Positions 48,459-61,109 of a DNA stretch of 64,000 nt are shown here, one piece after another. Made by a program: the position numbers and the translations under genes. The notes under the pieces are model-generated. The model ran no database searches. It worked only from the letters and a program-made list of their open reading frames with translations, and was not told where the DNA came from. The stretch's first letter is position 1; every line of letters begins with the position of its first letter. Source of the DNA: Owenia fusiformis (Eukaryota); contig CAIIXF020000001.1 of the NCBI GenBank assembly GCA_903813345.2, positions 4,898,001 to 4,962,000 of the forward strand, in the 5' to 3' direction.

Positions 48459-51329
48459 TTTCGAAATTGAGTAATTTCCTTAGCTTCCTTAGAACCTGAA
48501 ATACATTCTATGGAATATTATTAAATGAGTATGAACTAAATTAATTATATTGTTAATTGTGAACTCATTTTTACAATAATCTATGTCATTCCTAGGGGCC
48601 AATTTTTCATCCTGGTTTTATAACAGGCAAACGTTTGATATAGTACAAAATTAAAAATATCATTTCTGTGTAGATTCATCACTCTGGTAATATATTAAAT
48701 AACTCAATTTCATTTACTTCAGAGTATAATGATTATACTGGTTATAATGGTCAAGTCATTATACGCTGAAGTAAATGAAGTTGAGTTATATAAATATCAT
48801 AATTACATTTGCATCATAAATACAACTGTAATGAAATAATCTCAAATGTTCCATGTATATAAAACATAATGAGGTCCACAGCAGGAATGATTTCGTTATT
48901 ATGTTAAATTCCCATTGTTTCCCAGCGCCATTTATTTTTAAGTACCGACACGGCGAAAAAATTGACTGAATCCATTTGGGACAAAGGCAAATGTAAAAGA
49001 AGATGTTTTTAGATAAAAGGGCAATTAGTCAGTAAACCAACTATACTAATCTATTTTACATCACAATGTATTGCACAAATTCCTAGAGGGAGATTGGGAG
49101 AAACCTCTAATTGACGCTTTCCTACAATAAATTGAAACAAATTCATCATGCAGCCATATACATCTCTAGATTAGTTACTTGTTGAGATATAATTGTGAAT
49201 TCTGCATGACGTAATATGAAATTGCTTGAAATTAGAGCGTTTTTTTCGCTATGATAATAGAAATAGTTGGTTTAATTATTAAAGCTGTTACAGAGGCACG
49301 ACACCGGCTACTGCATACACCACATAGAGTTTTACTCCATGCATATCCACCTTAAAAACGTTACAAAAAACGTCAAAACGGTTCATTTAATGACTACTTT
49401 GAAATGAATGCGTTTCTTCTAGTAAGGATGAAAATTGTACTTGGTGCGTATAACAAGGGTCTCTGAAATGACAATAAAAGGATGAGCATAGTTGCAAAAT
49501 AGGGTCAACTCGTAACAAAGGCGTAATCATCCGAAATATTAAAATAACAACGGCAAATATTCAATCCAAATTAAAAAAATCAAAATCAAGAAAACAGCAC
49601 CAAAACGATTTAATTAGTTAACGACATCACAACACAATGCCGACAACAACAAACACGTTCTTACTTTCGCGCAAGAACGTGTCAACAGCTACCTGCTGAA
49701 TGTATCCTAGAAAACACTAGAACTTGATTGTTATTTAACACTTTAATAAAAAAGTAATTAGGATCGGAATAAATAAATCTCGCATGAGTTAAAAGTATGA
49801 GAAAAACAGGAAGTGAAACAATTTGATAAATCACGTAAAATTATTTCCCTTCCGAATTTAATCAATCAACAATATTATTAGAAGGTAAACTGTGTTCCTG
49901 TTTTCCAGGACTTATCACAATACACCCGTTATTAAATGATATCTATTTTTAATATTGACAATTTCCCATCTGCACCGCGGGTGAAGTGAAGCCTTAAAAG
50001 CCCAATGACTTCCACTATGTATAAATCTCATGGTATTAGTACAGTGTTTATCGAAGTGCATTTCATATTCTGTATTTTAAGAGGAATAATGCAACTAAAT
50101 AACACCTGAGGATCACTGAGGATCATACGTCAATTTATTACGTCATGCTTCGTTTACTATTGCCATTTGGGACGTTTGGATTTATTGTAAAACCGGGGGC
50201 TAAGACTTGGATAAATGTTACGCCATGATGTCAAAGTGGGCCAAAATACGTTTTTATTGTGACACGGATTTCAAAAATATAATGTTGGTAGTTGGAGGTA
50301 CAGGAATCAATTCAACAATTATTCCTAAAATGGACTTAACAGTTTAATGTATAGCCCAGGAGTATCAGGGATCAGAAATGTTAACATACACTATGGGTCA
50401 GAGTACATATTTACAATTACGGGTTAATATTTTTTACACCGACCTTAGTCACACTAAAAAATAGTATCAGATTGACATTCCAAAACTTCGTATGTCTGGG
50501 AGATGCATAATATAAGTATGATATAGGGTTCTCAGAACATTCTGAAATTATTTCCAGACCGAAAAACGATCCAGTATCATGATAAAGGTTCTGGGGGCTA
50601 ATCTTCCTGACCATGTCCATAAATCAAATATTTGACTTTTTCAACTACTGTCGATATTTGCTTCTATTTTTCTTGATATTAAAACGACCTTGTTTGTCTG
50701 TATAAGCTCCGGTCCTGCAGTTCCAATTTGAGAAGAAAAATAAACTGTTATTAAACACTACACATATTGTCTAATAGACTATTTTTGATATCCAGTTCGT
50801 TTCAATATGTTGGGTCTATGTACATCATTGTAAAATTGTAACTTCATTAAGTACCTTGTTACTGCGAATTTGCGTTCCCGATCTCTTTCTTGATAATCTG
50901 GTCGTATATTTGAATATCCACAAATACCTATCTATCTACATACGTATACTAATGCCATTTTGAAAGATTGTTTAATCGATTTCTGAAATCCATGCCTAAT
51001 AAAAAATATATGTCAAAATAAAAATATGGCCCACCCTGTATATTCCTTGAACAGCACACTTCCATTACGTAAACATACAGCTGAAACAAACAATATGCTA
51101 ACCTTAACGAGCTAGAATAATTCTTGCAGCCAGTGTTGTCCTCCATTAGAGCACATGTATGTCATGTATATCCCCCTTTGTGAGCAGTATTGTACTAGAA
51201 CACAGCAATATTCCCTTTAGGTAGTCCCTGCTGTGCATGGTGTGAATAATATGCTCGCGACTGCTAGAAACACTCTGCATTATTGTGTATCTCCAACGAG
51301 TAATACTCTAATGCTTAATTTCTGATTGT

Positions 51330-52277
51330 TGCCTTAGTGCTATCGCCTCTTTATAATTCTAAACACCTACATGTTCACGTTCCGTCGCATATAATTCCAT
51401 TTTACAATCGATTATTATATAATCCAACATTCGTCGTCAGTATTCCGGTTCAGCATCACTCGCACACTAATGAGCAGGGCAGGTGTTCTCGTTGTAATCA
51501 AGGGAAGAATGTCAACGATTTCTCTGTCTCTGTATTCTACAATACGGTTCCCTTGATTTAATAACACTGCTAATATCCTAAGTATATTACAGCTTGCCGC
51601 ATATGTGCATAATATCGCCGTAGCAAATCCTACGTAGGCGAACGCTGGTAGAGCCTGACGTGACGTGTTAATAAGGCAGGTACAATGATCCTCCCACAGA
51701 TGTATTTCCGACCCGCAAAGATTAGAAATTAACACCTGCTACCAGTGAATATAAAACGCCATTGATTCATGTACTTCATGATTCAATAAATGGAGGTTAT
51801 TTACTTGTAGGGAATGAATATGGGTTTTATACCGATTGAAAGTATGATCTAAATATCGCCAAATATCATATTTTAGATGATCAAAAGCCGCCGAGCTATA
51901 ATGGCGGAAGGGCCTATCGCACAAAATATTTAATTTGGAGATAAGTGGTTGTAATGTTAAATCATTAAAACGAAAAGTTCGGCTATTTTCAAAGACACCT
52001 GGGAATGCGCATTCAAGCAGTGCAACAAGCCAAACGTAAAATGCTCAACTTAATTTATTTCGAAGCGAAAACGTAGTTGTTGCAGATTGCCCTTATTGCC
52101 CGATTCAGCATTGTTTCAGTGTAGTTTGAAATGGTCGGAATTCTTTTCCAAATATTCGGGAACAGAAAGGTTACCTCCGGGCAAGATATAGGTACAAGAG
52201 GTTTCTGATTAGAGGGTTCGGGATTCAGTCTCTGTCCCAAAGTCGAATTTGTGACTGTTGTTTTAAAAACCCACAGC
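51330..52277 (-). pseudogene. Decayed intronless coding sequence, family unknown
   Basis: ORFs 51739-51924 and 51415-51735 share a frame and are separated by one TAG. The frame is open upstream to ~52045, and a further frame-shifted open stretch runs 52055-52277. Confidence 0.4.
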
Positions 52278-54149
52278 TTGAATTTGAAAAGGAACAGGGC
52301 AATAGCGGATACTAAGTGCCACTAATATCGTGGGGGGGGCACTCTCGCGAAATAAATTAAGGTGCAGCAAATGCGAAGTGTTTTACCTCCCTATGATTAG
52401 TGATCGTGCCAATCTCGAATGGCGCATGCAGATACACGACGCTTAAAAACCCAAAAATATAATACCATTCTTTTTGAAGTTTAATTATTTTTGCATAAAG
52501 TGATGACATTGTCAGATTTTATGCTGTTTTAGAAGTGAAAGATGATAAATTATGCATGCCGTTTGTTTTCAATGAGATGAAACAGTCATTCTGACCAGTA
52601 TCAGAGCGAGAAAATTTCGAAAATTGAACATTTGTACCGTTCCAGTAACCAGCGTAATCGAGCGGATCACCAGTGTATTCCATGTCTCGTCCAAAAGTTT
52701 CCGTTCCACAACCCTTGGTTTTCCTCTCGAGGAATCAAAATCTCTCAATTGGACTGAAATTAATACGACTCGAAGTGGGATATGAATGGGTTCATGGTAT
52801 ATTATTATTATATCTTGGTTACCGACATATTTGGCGAGCAATACCTCATTGGTATATTCCTGAGGCCCACCAAATTGAAAAAAGCCTATGGAAAGTCATC
52901 TCCAATTATCACCTAACTTACTATTGATAATTAGTTGAAAGCTAGGTGTAAAAATTCACATGCAAATGAGCTAATTATCAACTTAATTAACGCTTAATTT
53001 GCAACTGAATTAACGATTAACTACCATCAATATGCAAATGAGCTATTTACGTTAATTAGTTGAAAGTTAGTTGTAAGTTAGATGTAAGTTAATCTCTAAT
53101 TATCACCTAACTTACTATTGATAATTAGTTGAAAGTTAGGTTTAAGTCAGATTTATGACATCTCAAAAATGACTCGCTTCTTTTTTGCTTCTCTTCACTC
53201 GGAGATTTTTGCTTCATCTTGAACTATTTTGTGACGGAATATTCATCTTAATTAGGATCTTTCAGAACAGACAACATTGAACTTGAACTATTGACATTTC
53301 ACAGCAAGAGAGGGAAAACCCCATGATTCAATTGATGAAATACGATTTCCTCCTTCGCACACCTCCTTTTGTCGAAAACGTACCCTCCATCTTGGTTTTC
53401 AAAGTTTTCAAATTGACCTAGTTTTAAACCAATCAACGATCGACTCGCTAAACCAATCAGCGACGATGTCATCTCAATACAGATTTACATTATAAGCGTA
53501 TGTCATCTTTGAACCCTGGGGTTTCTCCCCCTCTTTTTTAAAGCTATTCTATTTTGCAAATCTTTAAGATTCATGAAAAGCATGTGAAAACATCATTATT
53601 GCCATCAACAACTAAAATCAGAACACAAACATTAGACTATAATGTCACATAATAAGGACGTAACAGATATAATCAAAAATATGTTTTGAAATGTCTTTGA
53701 TCTAACAATCATTATTTAGAAGAGCACATTTGGATTACTTGTGAAATATAGGTAACCCATGTTAGTACCTAAATTGCATTCTAGGATTAATATTATATGA
53801 TCTGATTCAAAAAGATTTTTAAATTCATAAACATTTCAGAAAGAAGTGTGAATAAGATTTAACATACATTGTATTCATGTTCTACATACCCTTATAATAA
53901 TGTTGACCAAATTTCATGGTAGTATACGCACCATTCACGTTATAATTCTCAATTTTATGAGAGAAATATCTCTCACATGTTTTCTTTTTTCCACCATCTT
54001 GAAATTAAATTTAGGGGGTTTGTATTTCTAAATCATGGGCCTAATTTACGACTAATTATCATTATAATCATCCTATATGTTAACTATCAACCAATAATCT
54101 ACTTCAGAACAAAAACGTTTTAATTTACCACTTACTATCACCCTCAAAC
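52278..54149 (+). repeat. Tandem duplication unit 1 (~1.87 kb, insertion-free)
   Basis: Near-identical to 54160-55591 + 55913-55923 + 61727-62156; identical ORF-track peptides at 52569/54458 and 52673/54562. Confidence 0.95.
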
Positions 54150-55591
54150 GACTTCCTCATTGAATTTGAAAACGGAACAGGGCAATAGCGGATACTAAGT
54201 GCCACTAATATCGCGGGGGGGGGCACTCTCGTGAAATAAATTAAGGTGCAGCAAATGCGAAGTGTTTTACCTCCCTATGATTAGTGATCGTACCAATCTC
54301 GAATGGCGCAGGTAAAGAAGATACACGACGCTTAAAAACCCAAAAATATAATACCATTCTTTTTGAAGTTGAATTATTTTTGCATAAAGTGATGACATTG
54401 TCAGATTTTATGCTGTTTTAGAAGTGAAAGATGATAAATTATGCATGCCGTTTGTTTTCAATGAGATGAAACAGTCATTCTGACCAGTATCAGAGCGAGA
54501 AAATTTCGAAAATTGAACATTTGTACCGTTCCAGTAACCAGCGTAATCGAGCGGATCACCAGTGTATTCCATGTCTCGTCCAAAAGTTTCCGTTCCACAA
54601 CCCTTGGTTTTCCTCTCGAGGAATCAAAATCTCTCAATTGGACTGAAATTAATACGACTCGAAGTGGGATATGAATGGGTTCATGGTATATTATTATTAT
54701 ATCTTGGTTACCGACATATTTGGCGAGCAATACCTCATTGGTATATTCCTGAGGCCCACCAAATTGAAAAAAGCCTATGGAAAGTCATCTCCAATTATCA
54801 CCTAACTTACTATTGATAATTAGTTGAAAGCTAGGTGTAAAAATTCACATGCAAATGAGCTAATTATCAACTTAATTAACGCTTAATTTGCAACTGAATT
54901 AACGATTAACTACCATCAATATGCAAATGAGCTATTTACGTTAATTAGTTGAAAGTTAGTTGTAAGTTAGATGTAAGTTAATCTCTAATTATCACCTAAC
55001 TTACTATTGATAATTAGTTGAAAGTTAGGTTTAAGTCAGATTTATGACATCTCAAAAATGACTCGCTTCTTTTTTGCTTCTCTTCACTCGGAGATTTTTG
55101 CTTCATCTTGAACTATTTTGTGACGGAATATTCATCTTAATTAGGATCTTTCAGAACAGACAACATTGAACTTGAACTATTGAAATTTCACAGCAAGAGA
55201 GGGAAAACCCCATGATTCAATTGATGAAATACGATTTCCTCCTTCGCACACCTCCTTTTGTCGAAAACGTACTCTCCATCTTGGTTTTCAAAGTTTTCAA
55301 ATTGACCTAGTTTTAAACCAATCAACGATCGACTCGCTAAACCAATCAGCGACGATGTCATCTCAATACAGATTTACATTATAAGTGTATGTCATTTGAA
55401 CCCTGGGGTTTCTCCCCCTCTTTTTTAAAGCTATTCTATTTTGCAAATCTTTAAGATTCATGAAAAGCATGTGAAAACATCATTATTGCCATCAACAACT
55501 AAAATCAGAACACAAACATTAGACTATAATGTCACATAATAAGGACGTAACAGATATAATCAAAAATATGTTTTGAAATGTCTTTGATCTA

Positions 55592-55852
55592 CACTCCCCT
55601 CCATAAGTTTGGCAACCTTTTTCCCCCATTGAACTACGTGTTAAAGCCTCTTTACGTTTGCATTTTTATTTACTTAACCGGCGATGAAATAACTTATAGT
55701 ATTAATAGAAACGTAACTTGACTTTATTTCCAATACCTCCAAATTTTCTCAATTTTTTTCCTCAATTACAATAGGTCGAAAATTGATGATAAATTTGATG
55801 AATTTTTGAAAATCGTCATTCCCATGTAATCCAATGGGAAATGAAGGGTTCG
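55592..55852. mobile_element. Single arm of the 23948-24804 MITE family
   Basis: Starts TA|CACTCCCCTCCATAAG and stops at the inner end of the TIR; followed by a 61-bp duplicate of the upstream flank. Confidence 0.9.
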
Positions 55853-57610
55853 TCACATAATAAGGACGTAACAGATATAATCAAAAATATGTTTTGAAAT
55901 GTCTTTGATCTAACAATCATTATCACTGCGTGAAATATGGGATTCCAACTCTTGACACGTCTAGAAACTGGTCTTTACACGCCGGGTTTCTAGACGTGCC
56001 AATTATTTACACCTCTTGACACGCGATGAATTCAACTCTTTACACCTCTTTGCACTTCTTGGCACACGCAGTGCAAAGACGTGTAAAGACCATGTCAAAA
56101 AGTCTTTACACGCCCTGTGACAATTAATGGAATCTCTTGACACGCTCTTGGCACACTGAACAACATAATTATGTGTAAATAAACAACTAACCTAATTACC
56201 AATAGCAATACATACAGTATTTTAACGATTGCAAGTATTTTCTCTGATACTTTTAATTGATATATTTTTTAATCATTCTTTCGCAGACTGTTTGGAACAA
56301 GTACATGTAGCAAATATTAAACAGACTATTTTGTATGTACGCTGACACATTGACTTATTTAAACATTTTGGCAATTTCATGCCGCCTTTTGAAAATATAA
56401 ATCAGTTACAGGCAATGCTAATCGACGCATTGATCCTAAGTGAAGGAAATACATATCATGATAAGAAAAAGAAAGGCGTTTCAAGGATAAAACGTGCAAT
56501 AAACTTTGAAAACACTGATACATCAGGCCTATTTTTATATTTATTTTGTATTAGCTTAATATAAAGATAACCTTACTTTTCGATGAGTATTTGGATTTCG
56601 GAGTAATTTGTTTCAAGTTAAGTCAATACAAATTATCGCCGACTTAACTTGTAACCATACATATGATAAATGAGGGGCATTTTAATACACAATTGGGCAA
56701 AACAAGCATATTCAATCGAATGTACCATTCTCTCTGCTGTTCTTTCCCAGCCTATCCATAAACAGACAGGTACAAAGTTCCCATAGTTTTCGCAACATCT
56801 AATTCTATGATCAATTGCTAGACACAGCAAATATACTAATTAATTGTCTGATTGTGATTCGGGAACGTAGGGTTTGTACATAGCCTGAGAACACCGGATT
56901 GACCCCCCCCCATCGACGCCTAGGCGCTGCTTATGTTTTAATAAGAAACATTCCCTTGTAAAGAATAATCGGGATATGAATTGATACAAGGTCAAGTATT
57001 CTGCCCCTTTTGTGTGATAAAAATATGTATTTAATTGGTGCTTTAACTTTTTGAACAAAGAAATGAAATAATCGCACTGAATGTCTCAACATAAATCAGT
57101 GATGTTTAATTAATAAATGACACTATTATGTCAGTCTACGCACTTCATGGACATGGACGGGGGGGGGGGGGGGGGGGTGAGTTACCCATTCTAAAATGGT
57201 TAAATTTTGTATAAAAGAGTAATCAATAGGTCGTGAACTCCGATTGATAACCAACTGTAGCATACTATGCGGAGACAAAACTGACTTAATCTGATATGAT
57301 AACAAAAGATTGATAACTTAGTCTATGTTTTTGTTTTTATAATTGCGGAAGTGTACCAAAACCACCTTGATTACAGAAGATATCGTCTAGGCTTTAGATT
57401 TAATGAATAGATTTTTTGCCCTAGTCTCATTTAATAAAACAGGCTATTTGCGTATTTAATTAATATTTGTGACAAAATATTTCAGTTAGACTCAAAATCA
57501 AAACGAATTTCTCCATTATAGCCCCCCTTGCAACTGTCCCGAGTCTGCATCTGTTTTTCATGCTTCCGATCCACCTTTGGGATAGAGAGAATAGATGTAA
57601 ATTTGTAATT

Positions 57611-58029
57611 TGGGGGGGTGGCATTAAATGTGTTCTCGTACAAACTAAAATAAACCCCAAAAAGCCATATCAAATGTCCAAACACAAGACCAATGCCATG
57701 TCAAACATCCAAATATAGAACCAATGCCATACCCCCGGGTACCAAATATCCAGAATATAAGACCAAGGCCATTCGAAATATCGAATGCCCCGAGAAGAAG
57801 GCAGATCTTTGAGTAAAATGATCATAAACAACCTCAAATGAAGGATATGTGTAACAACTAGACCAATGCCCCGGGACCAATGCCGTACCACAATTGAGGG
57901 GTAACATATTTTCCACACCGATTCTTATACCAGAAAATGGAAAAATCTGTCTTAAAATGTGGGTCCATTGGCTTGACATACCAAATGTAAAAAAGGTACC
58001 CCACCTGAGCCGAGTGTGAACCCCCGGGG
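57611..58029. mobile_element. Small GC-ended MITE-like insertion inside the CACTG element
   Basis: GGGGGGGTGGCA... start and ...GAGTGTGAACCCCCGGGG end; internal ACCAATGCC repeats. Confidence 0.45.
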
Positions 58030-60930
58030 TGAATGGTGAACACACGGGGCAAGGAATTCTTCGATTTTGATTCAAGTAATTTTTTTATAAAATTCATACT
58101 CATGTTAATAGCGGACGCCTTGGCCAAATAATTTTTCAAATCATGCACTTTCCAAGTGATTTTGTAGCAAAATTGTGATAATATATGAACCCCTTGGAAT
58201 TATTCAAAGACGGACCCCCGCCAGCCCATCCCCCATTCTTACCTATGCTAAACACTAAGATAAACATATAGAATGGTATCTTACACTTTTTTTCTAAATG
58301 TTGATATCCAAAAAACATATCTTTTTGGTTTATCAACACATACCGCTCACAATATAACAAGTATACAGATTGTAACATAGATAAGCGAATTGGGGAAAAT
58401 TACAATCCCTTTGATCAAATTATTATAAGATTTAATCTCCAGCTGAGGTGCAATCAAAATGTTGATACACATAATTAGCAGTCAGAAAGATGCTCTTACC
58501 ACTGTAGTTTTCAATATTCCGTTTGTTGTAACATCTTATTTCAAAAGAATGGATATTGATGGTTGTATGGAAGTATTCATATCAAACATTCACATTATAG
58601 TTTACAGTGGAATTCCCTCAATAAATGCAACCAATATACTATTTAAGATTTCATATTGGACTTTCCGCATAATGATAAAATGTTGATGATATAGTTTTCG
58701 ATAAAACCCCAGGGCCGTAGCCAGCTTTCAGTCGGGGGGAGGGGTGATGCAATCACCAAAATATTTTAGGTTTTCAGTCGGGGGGTGCGATCGTGACATA
58801 AATGAGGCAAAAAATATTTGTTTTGAATTTTTACGAAAATGATGCAACTTCCTTCAAACCTGAATTAGAAGCTTCAAACAAAAAATCAATTTAATGCTCT
58901 TTTCTTTCTTTACCTTATGGTACCTTTTATTGCTTGTAGGAGGGGGTGCGAACCCACCGCTTCTCCTCGTTACGCTTACCCAATAACGTATTCCCAAGGA
59001 ATCGACTTTATTAATTTATATGTGAAAAATGAGCTTGCATGTACAAATTGCATCGTATGCAAACCTTCCCCTGACCGACCCGGTCATGTTTATGTCTTTT
59101 GAATGATGTCTACCCCTTGATGCATGCATCCTTTAATAAGTGGTGTTAAGAATATTGGTGTAGGCCCTGGTGGAGGGATATGTCATAAAGATTTCACGTT
59201 ATCGCGATATACATGTAGCCGCGTCCCCTTTGTCTTTATCCTTCCAAAAGCAAACGGCGGATAAGAGGGGTTCTTAGTGATTGATCTGATGCTTAATAAG
59301 CCACTTACAAGCTTACAAGATACAGTTTTAAATGCTGATATTGTGTAAAGTTTTAACACATAGGCGTAACCAGGGGGGGGGGTGCGATTCGTGAATGATC
59401 GCACCCCCCCCCCCCCCTGCTTAACCAATAGAGAAGGAAGAAGAAAGGAGCTTTGAATGGCTTTCAAATTCATCGTCCGGCCTCCGGCCGATTGAGTATT
59501 TTGTTTAAAATTGTTTTCATGTTTGAAAAAACACTCAATCGGCCGGACCCCGGCCGATGAATCGGAGCAAATATGACCCAGGCATATGAGGGGCAACATT
59601 TTAGATATAGTATTGTTTGAAATCCTGGGAAAATGCACTCCCCCAATTTTGCAAATCTGGTCTGCGGTGCTAATGAACCCTCTAATTTGTTTTCGTTTAC
59701 ATGAGCAACTAACAGATATGTTTATTCTCATTCTGTCTCAGCTTGATTTTAATTAAATTTTACCCCTACCCTTCGAACGTCTTTGTCTCCCTCATTTTTG
59801 CAACCCTACATTCAATACAGTTTCTTTTTAAACCAAATCAAGAAATATCCGTCCACATATCAGATATTAAACCAATAGTTGTTCATTATAAGAACAACCA
59901 TATATTATATTTATAGATCATAAGCTATTTTTAATTTCAGCTAAAAAATTAGCCCTCTCTCCCCTCCTCTATCTCTTGATACGCAGAGTTTCTAGACCGG
60001 CTAAGTACGTCTAAAAATTACTAGAAATTCCACAATTTATACAGTGATATGGATTTCATGTTTCTATTGAATCCCTTATTTTGAAGTCTAGCTAAATAAT
60101 CGAGTTTGATTTTAAACGTTTTCGGGGATCCGGGCAGAACTCAGGATATAGTAGTTGAGTACATTTGCATTCAAAATAATTCAAAATTCAAAATTGCAAA
60201 TATCATGGAAGTTGATTGCAATTATGTTCGATGATCGTCAACATGAAAGAACAATATGTCTGAATAATTAGCTATTAAACATCTTTATCAAAACTTTCCT
60301 ACACTTTTAAATGTTGATCTTGTCAAAGAGTACTCTCCATCTGAGATTCAAATGTAGATCGAAAATCAAATTGATTTCAAAGGTATTTTTAGATGGTTTA
60401 CATGAGGGGTTCTGTCCATGTGGGTGGTGTATTCCTTTCATAACAAAGAGTTGTTTTTCTTCCGGGGTCCTAAATTATTCAATTTTAAATAGTAACTAAT
60501 AAGATTAAACAGATCAAAAAGACTCGGGGCACTGCCGTCGCCCCATCATGATCGATACAGGTGACAATAAGCGACACATGTTTCAGCGTCATGATAGTAA
60601 ACCATGACATCTCAAATCTTCCCAGCCCTTGATTTTTGAGATCTTTCATCCCATCATATTTCATCTAATTTGGGTCATAAAACGTGTGTAACTGTGCCTG
60701 TTGCATCCTCGCTGGAAGGGTATTTTACAAGTATAAATGAAGTCCTTTGAAGAAGGATGTGCCTGTTGTTAAATACATGTACAATGCCTTACTACATTAT
60801 GTAATGTATTGACATTAAGGTAGATGATTACATGATAACAATCACACTTATTGACATTCATAACTCTTCCCATCTAATATGCTCAGATCACAGAATATGC
60901 CTCATTATATCAGAGCATGTTTCAGGCGTT

Positions 60931-61109
60931 TCAGACCCATAGCCAGGATTTGCCAAGGGGTGGGTTACTTTTTAAAGAAATTCCAGGGGGAGTTTACTTT
61001 TGGCAATGTTAGTTCAAAAATGAGCAAAATAATTTAAAAGGTGCTCAGTATGGGGTAAAAATGCAATTTTGGTCACGGAGGGGGGGGGGGGTCGCTAGAA
61101 CCAATCTAT
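60931..61109. repeat. Short interspersed CAG(G/A)CCC(G/A)TAGCCAG-type repeat; relatives at ~6385-6530, ~21120-21150, ~58710 and ~59360
   Basis: CAGACCCATAGCCAGGATTTGCCAAGGGG ... TTCGGGCCTG; similar to CAGACCGATAGCCAGCTTTTGCCAAGGGGGG at ~6387. Confidence 0.55.

Noticed and set aside
52569-54816. Duplicated 84-aa and 90-aa ORFs as genes
   Set aside because: They are identical only because of the recent duplication; they overlap on opposite strands and have no recognisable domain.
56379-56620. Transposase N-terminal remnant in the CACTG element
   Set aside because: Too short and interrupted to support a call.
59183-59731. 182-aa ORF as a transposase
   Set aside because: Runs through poly-G/C repeat pieces with no catalytic motifs.
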